From Amphiscolops sp. MND2022 (Eukaryota): a DNA stretch of 64,000 nt. Position numbers and translations under genes: made by a program. The stretch covers positions 45,820,001 to 45,884,000 of the forward strand of contig OZ076409.1 in the NCBI GenBank assembly GCA_964187785.1, given 5' to 3'. Shown here piece after piece: positions 12,708-25,600 of the stretch. How positions within the stretch are numbered: position 1 is the first letter of the stretch; every line of letters begins with the position of its first letter. The notes beneath the pieces were generated by a model that saw nothing but the letters and a program-made list of their open reading frames with translations, ran no database searches and was not told the origin of the DNA.

Positions 12708-15468
12708 CTAACTGGTTGGTATACGGAGCATACCATGCTGCCCTGACTTGTTCTTCTTGTCGGGATGTTCTGGGGCCATACATTCTGATGCGGAATGTTC
12801 AGTGCATCCGCAATTGATGCAGAAGGCAACGGTTCCTTGGATTGGCAGAGATGCTGGGTGCATTTCGTTATTCACCCCCGTGTGGTTGCGATGGGCAAGT
12901 CCAACCACCGGATGGGTTCGTGTGACATGAATTCACCTGTTGCTGCACTGGTTTTCGTGAGCGATATTTCAGTGGACAGTCGATCACAAAGTGTGGTAAG
13001 TCACCGCAGTTAAAGCATGCTCAATGGGGTTGTTGCCTATAGGGTGCCTGTTGTTGAGGTGGCACTCGCTGAGGTTGTTGCATTGGCGGTGGAATTGCCG
13101 GGGGCAATTTTGGTTGTTGGTTTGTGGCGGAGGTTGTGGTTGTTTTGAGGCTGAGGCATTTGATATTTTTCTGGACGATTGGAACCGCGCATGCGCAAGT
13201 TTTGCTGGACTATGAAGCGAAGCGCTTCTACCGTCGGTGGTGTTTCGACGTATTGTTCCTGTGCGTACATGAGGCCTAGGTTCCGTTTCAGTTCGAAATT
13301 GCGAACACCTTCGATGAATTTTTGAATAATCTCATATCTGCGAACAGTCACTTCCTCGTTGGGGTAGCCTTGGCTACGCAGAACTTCGGGGGCATCGAGG
13401 TATTTCATATAGTCCTCCTCGTTGTTCTGGTTGCGGGTCCTGAACTGTTGTTGTATGTGGATCTTACTTGACCCAGTTCCAAATCGCCGCGCTAGCAATG
13501 CAAAGACTTTTTCGTCGGTGTCTCTTTCCGCCTCGGCTTTGTTGGTGATGTAGTCTCTGGCTTCGTTTTCTAGATATTCAATGATTGTCCAGGCTTTGTC
13601 GAGGGGAGTGGCTTTGGCATGTGCCTTCTCCAAGTGACGCTTCATCAACATTATCCAGCCGTCGGCGTTGCCGTCCTTGGTTCCTCGATATTTCGTTGGT
13701 TTATTCTTCGACCCCCCTTCGCCGCTAGTAGCGGTTCCAGACCCTTGGACATTGCGGTCGAAATGGCTTCTGCCAGTGCTTGCCGTTGGCTCGTTCTTGG
13801 GGTGTCAGGGGTTACGCTTGGCGTTGCAGGAAGCTGTTCCATCTCCTCTTGGTCTTGTTCCAGGTTTCGCTTAGTGGTGATTTATCGCTGTGTACTGGTG
13901 GCCACTGGCCGTGGGACCAAGTCTAGGTACGTCTGCTTGGGAGGGTCACTACTTATGTTGGTTCTGGCGGTGTAGTAGTTTGACTCTCTTGTCGTCATTC
14001 CGCTTGCAGCAGAATAGTAATCTCCCGTTGTAGATGCACCACGAGCAAAAGGGTCGAATGATACGCTAGTTAGTGGGTCCGTACCCACGTCGCAAGATTC
14101 TGCTCGGATCACACTTGCCATCTTGCTTGTTCGTGGTTGATCTCTTTTGTAGGTTGCGGGCGGCACCAACTTCAGAGGTTTGGGTTGTTCGATGTTGGAC
14201 TGTGCTACCTTTCGGTAGGTAGCTTGCGTTGGGTGTGGGGCCGCGCTAGTCGAAGGTAAGTCCCTGGAGTGAGAGGTTACCGGCGCCGCTGGCGTCGTTT
14301 TGGTTTGGGCTGCTGCGGTTTGGGCCGCCATTGCTCTCACTCCTAGTGTTAGGTCTTTCATCGTGGTCATCAAGTCTATCATTCGAGTGTTTGAGTCATT
14401 TTCTCTGCGCTGCATGAGGTCTGACATCATTCTCATTCATTCGTCAGCTTGACAATCTCGCTCTTTCATCACGGCTGACATTTCGGCCATGCGGGTGTCT
14501 GCCATGTTTTCTCTTTGTTTTATCAAGTCATTCAGAGAGGCCATGGATGCTTCCAACCTTCCTTGATTCTGGCGTCATTCGGCCTGTATCTCCAACAGGC
14601 CCTTTCTCATGTCATCCATATCCCTCATGATGACGTCAGCTCTCATCACATGTTCGGTGTTTTCTCGGGACAGTCGTGAATGCACTTGTGAGAGTTGAGC
14701 CAAGCTGTTTCGGAAATCTTCTCTCACTGCTTGCGACTCTCTTGTTATTTTCGTAACAGTTGATTCCGGGGCTGTTTCAGCGCTAGTTCTCGAGTTAGGC
14801 GTGTAGTTTGATTTGTCAGTTCTTTTTGGAGCAAGATCTAAGCTTATTGATGGGGGTGTTCTGAAGACGTATCGCAACGGGTTGTCTTCTATTTGCGTCG
14901 ATGGATTATCATTTGGTTCAGTAGGTGCCGCTGATGGCCCTCCCTCTCGTGCGTAGTCGCTCAAAAAGGGATTTCTAGTTCCGCTGGTACCTAATGCGAG
15001 GGAACCCAGCGGGGTCTTGTTAATGGAAGGGGTGCGGGGGGCCGCCACAGGAGTTGCGTGGTTGCTACTTTGTGATGCCGTATCTTCGACTACACTTGTT
15101 TCGCATGGTGGTTTTTTATTTGTGTTTGGCCATTCCTTTAGACTGTAGTCAGTGACTTCTAGGGGTGGCCACGCATTATTTCGTGTGGTATTTCCGGTAC
15201 CATCCACTGGATTGGTACTATCGAGGGAAGCTTGCGACGAACCGAGCTGTTCGGTTGCGGCTGTCATCTCAATGTTTTGTTCCGCGTTGGAAATAAAGTC
15301 AGACATGAGTTCTGAAAATACATTTGTAATGGTTGGTTCTTGGAGATTGTCGGTAAGAGTCTCCCATCGAGTTGTGTTTTCTATCATGTTACCAAATGGA
15401 TTTGTAGCATGGAAGTTCCTGGGTACGTCCCAGTTCTTTTTGGTCAATTTTTGGCGTATGGAGCTCAA
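12708..15468 (-). pseudogene. gag: gag of element A (disrupted)
   Basis: Colinear ORF pieces 14575..15468, 13882..14436, 13651..13842 and 13037..13651 (capsid-like); zinc knuckles CFNCGDLPHFVIDC (~12965-13020) and CINCGCTEHSASEC. Confidence 0.85.
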
Positions 15469-18073
15469 TTATAAACTAAAAGGAGGTTTTTCAACAGACG
15501 GAGTTACTTGTCTCACCCGTCCATCCAGAAAGAAAGGATAGTGAGCGATAAGAGAGTATGAATTGCTGCAAGTGGAACTTCAACACTAGAAACGACTAGA
15601 ATTAAATGGGACAATTTCACTTTGATTGGGACCGAGGTCAACAAAAAGGTTTTTTACTAGCTTCGGTAATTGGGCTAGTGGTATTCTACGTTCTAAGGTT
15701 AACTAAAATTTTTATCCCGGTCTCCGCTAAGTGGAGAGGATTACATTTATAACAAAACAAAAATTTTTTTTGGGTTTTATTGACTGCTTACGAGCTGCTT
15801 GCTAATATACTTCGGGATAGGTTGTGGAAGAGCCTATTGAGTTGCGGAGCGGTTGATGGGAATGAATAGTGGTGGTCCAAATAGTTTCAGCGCTATGCGC
15901 TCTTTCGACTAGTTGAACTTGTTTCTCACTAAGTTTTCTCAATTTCTGGATTCAGGTACGGTGGGATGGATGGGATACGGGGGTGAGCATGGAAGAAGGA
16001 CCCAGTCGAAGGCGCAGAGGGTACTCCGTTTTTTGAGGAGTTGTTTTCAAGTCCTTATGGGGGTTGTTTGGGACAGAAAGTGTGGCGTTTTCCGTTCAAT
16101 TTCCGTAAAGTCGGTGATTTTGTCGTCGATTGGCACGTCTGGAATGGGTGGAAATTATTTCCAGGGCTCGTAGCGACTTGAAAATTTCACACTATATAGT
16201 ACACTGGCTGAATCGTGGGAAATTCAACGCCGATTGTACAGAAATTGACTCTATGGAGGTTACGGTTACTTAACAATGTTCATTGAAAAATTGAACATGT
16301 CGTGAAACTCTCAAAAAGTGGTCGGGTTCGCCTCCTAGGCGTCCTAGCTACTTGAAATTTTGCGTGCGAGCGTAGAAAATCCCCACACAACAAAATACAG
16401 CGGCGGATGATGTACCTGAGGTACCATTTTTTTGGGTTAAAATTCACAAAAATGTCAATTTCTCAGCTTTGACTAGCCACTGGCTGCTCAAATTGCACAA
16501 GTCGTCGGGACTTAGTGCCGTACGTATGAGAATGCAGGAATTTAAGTGCTGGGATAGCTGCAAGGAATTGCACTATGCTCAACTATAGTTCGATTTTCTC
16601 TACGATTTCGTACTCTTTTTGAGCAAAACTGCGGTTAAGATTTCTCAAGGACTAGCAGTGCTAGGGCAATGAAATTTACACCACTAACCTAACTTTGTGC
16701 GGTCTACACGATGATGTAATTCGTTTTGAGTTGCTCTTGCTAGGAGAGCTTTCGACCTGCTCTGGGAACACTACACCAATATTCCGAAATTGTCACTAAA
16801 ATATCACGTTTTTGGCAATTTCTCGGCAACCACTAGTTGGAATCACTCGCGGTTTTTTGCGTTTGCAACGTGAGGGTATATACTAACAGAAAATAAGCAA
16901 GCAAAACCTGGTAGAATCCAAATAGGATTTCTCAAAAAAATTTTTAAGTTGTACTTTTTACACTCTCGGAACAATACTGAAATAACGTGTTTTCGCCAAG
17001 AAATTTTTGTCTATCGGTTCTTGGACGTTCGAGATTGTTCCAATAGTACTGTAAGAAAGCGTGACAACTTGTTTTAAGGGGATGGGGTTCGTTCAATTAT
17101 TATTTTTGATGTTATATCTCTCAGGTCTATGGGGTCCTCTACTCAGGTCTATGTATATCAAAAGAAACAACTAGTTAAAGTTTCAATTTCTTTTGGGGAA
17201 CCTTAGAAAACAACTTGGCAGTAGTGTCTCGTACTACCAAGCTAGGGAAAAAGATTTTTGGGTGGACTTGGAAGCTTGGAAGCTAACGTCCAAGTCTTTG
17301 CCCTCGTCAAATTTGGTCAAAATGGCTAAATTTGACAATTTTTTAACAAAAATCGCTAAATTTTTCGCTATTTTTGGAAAAATGGCCCGGCAAAATTTTT
17401 CGTTCCTGACCCAGTGAGTCTGTTGGAACGTTTTTCTAGTATTCCCACTGGCCTTACTCTATTTGGCAGAATATTGGCTTTCAAAATTAGAAATTTCGGT
17501 ATTTGAGCTATAAATGGTGTTATTTTCGAGGTTTTCGAGCTCAAATTTTCTAACAACTGATCCGAATACCCTCTGGGTATTTTTCTCAGTTAGTTATAAT
17601 GGGAATAGGCCTGGGAATACTCTTTTTGGGCCGTTAAATTAAGAAAATGGACGATTTCACCCGTTTGACGTGGTATACAGCAATCACGGGGGCGTGGAAG
17701 GAACGGTCGTGTAGGACGTCACCACGTCATCACAGCTGGTGGGAACCTTCGGCGTTCGTCCTCTCTGTCCCCATACATTGCAAATTAGCTGAAAATAAGC
17801 TAGAAAACCCTTTAAAACACGTTCCGGATAGGCCGGAACAGCTTTTTTATTAGGTTTTGGTAAGGTTCAAGGTACACTGTTAGAAACTGTTAATTTCTCT
17901 AAGTAGACCCTAGAAATATGCGGAAAACACACGAACAACAATAGTACAAAGCCCAGAGGGCTGAAAAAAAGATTATAAAATTAATCTAGGACCCTCCCTT
18001 GAGCTTTTCCAAGATCCGGACCTAACAGGGTCGGAAGGCAGAAGTTGCTCCTACTTGTACGCAAAATGAAAAA

Positions 18074-18092
18074 GATCCCTCTGTGGTCGCCA
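18074..18092 (-). promoter_or_regulatory. Primer-binding site, probably tRNA-Arg
   Basis: Minus strand reads TGGCGACCACAGAGGGATC, 16 nt inside the LTR end; it resembles the complement of a tRNA-Arg 3' end (TGGCGACCAC...). Confidence 0.8.
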
Positions 18093-18108
18093 TAAAAACT
18101 ATTCCAGA

Positions 18109-18527
18109 TGTAACGACCGGCTAGCGACGCACATCTAGGAAGAGTGACAATGCCTAGGATGCTTAAACAGGAGGAGGCCGTCGTCTTACTACATACCTAG
18201 ACACTAGTGTTTGGTCCCAAATTGGTCTTCTAGGGGGACTTTTCTGACGTCTAAGGAGGCTTCTCAAATTAGAGCTCCGAAGCGACGCGCCGGCACTCTC
18301 AAAGTCCGGAAACACCCCACAAGCCTGTAAAAACGATTTCTAAGGTTTTAGTACGCGTTTCTACGAGTTCCTACATACTTCCGAGGTCAAAAAAGTGTTT
18401 AGCTGGAAAACATCGTATTTGGTGAATAAGATCTGAAAAGACCTAGAATGTCATACATCATCCAAATACTCCAAGGAAAATGGGGAAATATTGAAGAAAA
18501 ACGGGGATAGGCCCCAATTACGTTACA
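18109..18527 (-). repeat. 5' LTR of element A (419 bp)
   Basis: 7-bp terminal inverted repeat TGTAACG/CGTTACA; PBS adjacent; a homologous diverged copy starts at 36885. The partner LTR is outside the window, so no TSD check is possible. Confidence 0.85.
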
Positions 18528-19621
18528 GTTTTCAATCCATCATCCATATTTTGCATCTGGCAATGCTCTGCAGATGTTGTTGATTTCCCAAGGGGATGGC
18601 ACAACATTCCGATAATCTTTCTGCTGATGTTTCTTCATCTTCTGGCAATTCTTCATCTTTTTCTGCAACTTTTTCACACGTGCTCTGTTTCTTGCTCCCT
18701 CTCCGCGTGGTCTCTCTTTTTGTTCATTCGTTTCGTACCTGCTAGGTCGGCCATTTTGATTCTTCTATTTTGACATCGCACATTTCGAATTTTTCATCGA
18801 AATTTTGTCATGCCAGTTGCTGACGTTACATAAAAAGTTCAAGGAATCTTGACTGGGGAAGTTTGTATTTTTTCAGATATCTGTTTCTGTAGGCGTGCCC
18901 TCTAGCTCTGCTGTGTGGACAAAGGTGTGAAGTTTCAATTTAGGCTTTCTTGAGTTCTGACAACTGTGCCAATACAAAACCGGGCCATTGAAAATATTCA
19001 TCATCACCCAGGTTTTCTGTGCAGATCTGAAGGATTCTTGCAGAACTTTGCAGATATCTGCAGATTCGAAGAAAACATGACCAAATCAGAAACACTATAA
19101 AAACCCACAGGGATGTCAACCGAACAATGAAAACGCTGAGAACTCCTGCGAAACCTCACTTATGTCAAAATGATGAAATTTTTTTCCGAGGCAATCTGTA
19201 CAAATCTGTAGAGATTACAGATCTTAACAGAGCCAAGCGGTGACTAATAAATTACCAAAACGTATTCCGAGTTACCAGCAATTACTCCAACAAAGCAAGT
19301 TCCCAAAATATCACATTATCAACAATTCTGCAGATCGATCTTTGCAGAAAAAATCCAGCAGATCTTCCCAGATTCGCAAAGATCAAATCATGGGCAATGA
19401 TGATTGATTGTAAATTGAATAAATACCTATACAAAGAACCACTTGATTTTCTGTCGTCTATCTAAACTTGATTGTGTTGAACTCAACAACGTAGTGCTAC
19501 AGGCAAGTTGTCTCAGGTTCCAGTCGATCAATCATATAGAGCTGTTGGAGCAATGAGTCAGGTTCGTTTCAACAGACGTGCTGGTTCTATTTTATTTTGT
19601 GAATACGTAATTACATTACTG

Positions 19622-21577
19622 TGTCGCAGGCTGCCGCCTGTGATGGTACAAGGACCACTACTACTGCAGAAGGACAGGATATAGCGGCCGGAACTCTACC
19701 AATATATTAGAGGTAAACATTAAAAACACAAACTTTGCTAGTATTTTTTAGTCTACAAGTTGTACTTGTTATCGTTGCTGATTTTACATTTAGTATATAG
19801 TTTGCTGATATTAGTCCGTTCATGCCGACATTTGAAAGTTCAGATGATGTATTGACAATTGTAAAAGTTAGAAGTGCAGTATGAACACGCTGTTATAGCA
19901 ATAGATAGGCAGCTAGGAAGCGTAAAGGAAACGAGTTCAAGTGAACGTAACTCCAATTCCGGAGACGTCACTTGAGCTCAACCTGTTAGCCAATCATATT
20001 CATCCATTTGAGTAATAGTAGTGCTGTTTTTAATTAATGGCCGGTTTAGGCCATATGCCGGAAATTCATCTTTATTAATTGGCGCTTTAGTCAAACGGCC
20101 GGTTCCGGCCTTAATGTTCAGATGAAAGAATATTAGTGCAGACACTGCTGTGCTCCGTTAAATAGTAGTCTAATCATGTTGCTGTACTAATTAAACGTTC
20201 ATTTTAGCTAATTGGCGCTTTGTTCTATCCATTCCAATATTAGGCCGAATAAGGCCATTTGCCTGACTTCTATCCTTTGTTGCTGTTGCCAATTGGACAG
20301 TGGCCGGTTAAGGCCTCTTTTCAATACTATTATTCAGATGCCAGTTACAATCATTTAGTATATTTTAAATGTCATGTATAGTTACAAGTACGTCGTAAAG
20401 ACTCATGTAGCTCTTGAAATTAATTGATGTAATCAATACCAATGTATGATGTTGCTACCAATATTGGCCCAAAGGACATGTCTGGCCTTATTTGCTAGTT
20501 GGCACGTGGAATCTGTGTGCATATTATATAGAGGTAAATATGTGCTGTTACATGTAACATTGCTGTATACAAGTTGATCTAGCCTGCTAACGGGGCACGT
20601 GCCGACACGAGATTGTCAGCATTCCTGAAATATTAGAGGCGTAAACATTTTAATCGATGCTATTTGATGTACCGTGTGCCTTTTGAATACTTGTTAAAGA
20701 TGTCAAAACAGGAATTTGAACGGCCGCGTGACCTTACGATCACAGTTCGGCGGCACTTTGATGCTTACATAGTTGAGTTAAGTCAGGTGCTTTCGGAATG
20801 TGCTTGTAACATTTTTTGACTGTTTGCATCATGTTTATCCCGCCCGAGGAAGTATATATAGAAACAACTTCCTTCGGGTGGACACAATTTTGTTTTGCTC
20901 CTAATACTCAGTTGATAACACTTTTACGTTAACAATCACCAATTCTGTTTTCCGGTTTTAATATTTTAACTATTCAACCCGGTTTAGTCTTGATGCCTAC
21001 TACTAGGAAACAAAAGAAGACAAGGAAATCTAGAGGATTAGAGATTCTCTCTGATATTGAAAACCTTGATAAAATGTTAGGAGAGAACCATTTTAATGGT
21101 ACGAAAGAGACGAAAGTCTCGAAGGAACCTCTATCAGGAGACAAGAAAGCGTCACAAGTAATAACTTGGAAAATGAAGGACTAGATCCTTATGCCGATTA
21201 TGGAAACCATAGAGTTAGGACTAGCGCCATTCATGACCACAATTCTGCAAGCGTAGATTCTCAAGCTGAGATTAACAAGCTTTCGAGTGATTTGAACTCT
21301 AGAATGTCTAGGGAGATGGATGAGATGATGAACAGTGTCAGTTCTCAAATCCAGAGAGCCATAAATGATGCCATTAATAACCAGGTTTTACCCCAAATCC
21401 AGAACGTTGTTATGGCCGGTTCAGGACAGGAGACTAGAAGAGGATGGGAGACATCTATTAATAGACCCGAAATTCACTCTGAAATTCAACAGAATCCGAA
21501 GGCCAAAACTAACTTTAATAGTGAACATAGTGAAAATCACCGTAAAGGTGAAAGGACACAGTGTGATGTTCATGACA
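19622..21577 (+). repeat. 5' LTR of element B
   Basis: Direct repeat of 34056..36011 with only scattered differences; TATA box at ~20853. Confidence 0.97.
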
Positions 21578-21595
21578 TGGTGACAGGAGACAACG
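21578..21595 (+). promoter_or_regulatory. Probable primer-binding site (tRNA-Leu-like)
   Basis: TGGTGACAGGAG immediately follows the LTR-terminal CA and is one mismatch from the usual Leu PBS TGGTGTCAGGAG. Confidence 0.6.
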
Positions 21596-22685
21596 AATCT
21601 CCAAATCTAGTTCCTGAGTTTCTCACAGGACGTATCCCATCAAGAAGTCATCTCAATCAGTCCTATGAGGACATCAACCTCGACACGATGATCCCAGCGC
21701 ACGAGAGAATTGCTACAGTTGCCGATTCTGATCCCATTACTAGATTGGCCGACGTCTTGACTACAATGCAGAATAGACCAACGGCACAACAACTCACAAT
21801 ACGCCCAGTCAACTCCAATACCATGACGTTCGACGGCAAGAGTAAGAAATTTGAGCTGTTCGAAGATCTCTTCCATACTATGATCAAGATGCAGCCAGAG
21901 ATGACCGAACAAATGAAAATTAATCATTTTCATTCATTGTTGAGGAAAAATGCTCTCCAAACATTGAGAAACATCAATACGACAAATCGACAAACCCTCG
22001 AAGACGTACTAGTCATTTTCCGACGAAAATACGTCAAACCTGAATCACAGGCAACCGCCAAGCATAAATGGCACCGCCTGATCTTTGATCCCAATACGAT
22101 GAAACTGCATGATTTCCTGAATCAAGGGGCAGAGAAAGCGTTTGGAGACCATGCGCAGAAAATGATTGACAGCTTGCTCTACGCAAAACTGCCATCAAAA
22201 CTCAAGCGGTCCGTCAACATGGCCAGATTAGAAAATGGCTCATACGATGAGATAGTTGCTCATTTGGAGAGAGAATTAGAACTCAACGCCCTGGAGGAGT
22301 CAGACGACCTACCAATGGCCACAATGACCTCCTCATCTACAAAACCTAAAACTCCTCTGTCCACAGGGCAAATGTCCGATATCACTTGTAAATATTGCAA
22401 GGAAAAGGGCCACATGGTCAAGGACTGCGAAAAACTGAAAAAGAAAAAAGAGAAAGATGCCCAACAAGGCAAGTCGACCCAGAAGAAAACAAATCCGGAG
22501 TAAAGCACTTGTGGCAAAAAGAATCATCCCGATGAAAGATGTTGGCAAGGTGCTGGTGCACATCTTAAACCCAAACGCACTAGACCCGAAGACTCAACTG
22601 ACAAAAAGCCCAATTCAAAGGCTCAGAAACCTCAGACCAAACCGACATCATCGAGCTCCCAATCCTCATACTCTAATGATGAGTC

Positions 22686-22692
22686 AAAAAAC
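22686..22692 (+). other. -1 ribosomal frameshift slippery site A_AAA_AAC (gag to pol)
   Basis: The heptamer directly precedes the gag TAA, and the -1 frame is open into pol ORF 22791..23651. Confidence 0.8.
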
Positions 22693-25600
22693 TAACTTCG
22701 CCACGACTCCAATATAACGAATTAATATCTGTCCGACAATACATCAGATCGGACCCTCCAACGCGAACTTTCCACCAATACAATCAGCAATTGATGGACT
22801 ATCCCTCTGTTGTCTGGCAGCAACAGATGGAAAAAGCTACCATCATCACCTACAATAACACCCATTTATTTCAGAAACCAATTCCTGTTTGGGACCCTGA
22901 TTACACCACTACCTTCACTACCCGGTTCAGGCCCATTCCCCTAATCGATGATTACAATCCGACATACATCGATCCAGACTACGGCAGAGATCCCTACTGG
23001 GACACCGAGCTTTACAACCAAGATTCGCTGCAATTTCAATATGTCCTGGACGATATTGACCATTACAGTAGAACAGTCCACGAAAATCCTCCAATTACCC
23101 ATAACAAGAAAACACGAGCGCTAATCAAAAACTGGCAAATGAATGATGGCACAAACCATCCAGTGTTCCCAAACCCATTGGGGACCGAGAATCCTGAAAA
23201 CAGTGGTGAAACCACGCCACAATCATTACTAGACGAAAAACAATTCCAAAACGTACTCATCACCAAAGATGGTGAACCAGACTGTATACCCCTGTCAACC
23301 AACATCAACCTCAAATGCAAGAAACGCATGCTTTATTTCCCAATGGACTTTGGGGAATTGACCATTGATGGATTATTAGACACTGGGGCACTGTCCAGTG
23401 CAATCCCTGAAATGGACCTCCGGAAAATTCGTCTTCTATCTCCACAATCTGTTATCCGAGAAGGTCCGCCTCCAAACTTCCAAATCATGGTCGCTAATGG
23501 GCAACTGGAAACTCCTAAGAGTACCATAAAGCTCAAATTCGAAGTTGGTGACATTGAGTTCCATGAAATCTTTATAGTAATGGAACATTTGACAGGACCG
23601 ATCATTGGACTAATGTTCCTTCAAAGAAATCATACAGTGCTGGAGACATGAGACAAGGAATCCTGAATTTCCCGTTCTTTTCAATGCAGCTTAAAACAGC
23701 TGACCACAAATACTCCAATGTTTTAGAACCGATTCTCAACCCCACTGAAATAACAATTCCGCCAAATGACAGAGTCCTAATTAGGACCAATTCCTTACTG
23801 TATCCTGAGAATGCGGTTACCGGAATTTTGCAACCGAGCGACCTTCTACATGAAGAAGGCGACATCACATTTTGCCCAGCCTTGGTCACTCTGAATGATG
23901 GCAATATAACGATACCAGTGAACAACTTCACAGACCACCCTTACAAACTCAAAAAGGGACTTCACATTGCCAATTTCTCAGTCATGACGCCAGAACAAAT
24001 GAAATATGTCAAACCAATAGATCCGGCATCAACCTGGCACCTTTTGCAAAACGACCAAGAACAAGCGGCCCATTATATCGGCAGTCTCATCAAGACAAAC
24101 AGAAATCCTCAAAATTCTGAAAATTACTGGTTCCCAACTCCAGAAAACCCTGGACACCCCGAGGAACACACACCTATCCAGAAAGGAATCCTACGCAAGT
24201 TACCGGCCTTACAGGACCTGGAGACACTCGACCCCACTACAGATGCAGAATCGCGTGCAAAATTCCTAGAAAACTTTGACTGGAAAGATTCCACCCTTAC
24301 TCCTGAAGAAAAGGAGAAAATTGAGGAATTGTTAGTGGAATTCCATGACATCTTTGCACGACACTGATTTGATATAGGCATGAACGAGGAATTCAAGGTG
24401 AAATTAACGCCTAAGGACGATTCCCCAGCCTATAGTCAAAGCCTTCCAGCTCCTATCAACTTGAAGGAGGACATCCTAGTTGAATTAGCCATGTTACACA
24501 AATATGGCATAATAACTACACTACCATTTTCGAAATATGCGAGTCCAATATTTGCACAAAAGAAACCGAATGGGAAACTCCGACTCTTGGTTGACTTGAG
24601 GAAAATCAACAACCTCATCTCGGATGATTATATCAACAATAATCACCCCGTCAGTACACTAGTTGATGCTGCCCAACACTTGGCAGGCAAAAAAACTGTT
24701 TTGTAAATTAGACTGTTCGCAGGCATACCTTTGCCTACCAATGGCCGACCAACGCTCAATCGAAATGTTGGCTTTCAATTTTGCCAGTCGCACATTCGCT
24801 TACAGACGTTTAGCACAAGGCCTTTGTCGGTCACTATCCGCTTTCTCGTGTTTCATGAGGGAATACCTCGACAAAGTCATTAAAGCGGATCAGTGTGCCC
24901 AGTATGTGGACGATATCGGCATCGCAGCCAATGATGCTGACCATCTCATAACGAACCTGAGAGCTACGTTCAAATGCATTCAGGAAGCAGGCCTTAAGTT
25001 AACAATGCACAAATGTCACTTCGGTGCAAAAGAAATTGATTTTCTCGGACGGACTATTACCCCCACAAGGCGTCAAACCCCAGAAACAGAATGTGCAAAA
25101 CTTTATCGAAAAAACCAAATTCCCGAAGTCGAAAAAGGCTTTGCAACGCTACTTGGGATTCTTGAACTACTACAGAAATTATGTCCCAAGACTTTCAGAA
25201 CGCCTTGCTCCATTCTACAAGATGCTCAAAAGTGACGAAAAAGTCCTAGTATCGAAAGAATTAGTCCAACAATTCGAAGAAATCAATAGAGCACTAGACA
25301 AATGTTGCGACTTGGCCCTACAGCAACCCATTCCGAACAAGCAAATAGCACTAATGTCTGATGCAAGTTTTGGTGCAGCCGGGTACGCGGTCCTAATTGA
25401 AGACGACCCAAGCCAGAAATTTACATCACTCAGAAAATCATATGCACCAGTCGCATATGGATCAAAAACTTTCACCCCAGCCCAGATCAAGTTGTCAATT
25501 TATGCCAAGTAATTCCTTGCAATTTATTTTGCATTCAAAGAATTTGGCCATATCTTCTGGGGAGCGCCCAAACCAGTCATTATCTTAACTGACAACAAAG

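Larger units (their letters stand above)
1..18527 (-). mobile_element. Ty3/Gypsy LTR retrotransposon A (decayed; 3' end lies beyond the left edge of the window)
   Basis: LTR with TGTAACG..CGTTACA ends, then PBS, gag (CCHC knuckles), protease, RT (YIDD), RNase H and integrase in Gypsy order, followed by accessory ORFs. Many stops and frameshifts. Confidence 0.93.
20993..22695 (+). pseudogene. gag: gag of element B, starting inside the 5' LTR (one frameshift ~21100, one stop at 22501)
   Basis: MPTTRKQKK... joins ORF 21166..22503; TFDGK capsid-like motif; knuckles CKYCKEKGHMVKDC and *STCGKKNHPDERC; natural stop at 22693..22695. Confidence 0.9.

Noticed and set aside
18528..19616. Recurrent (CT)GCAGAT motifs between elements A and B
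   Set aside because: Probably an old host repeat that received the insertions; no termini could be defined.
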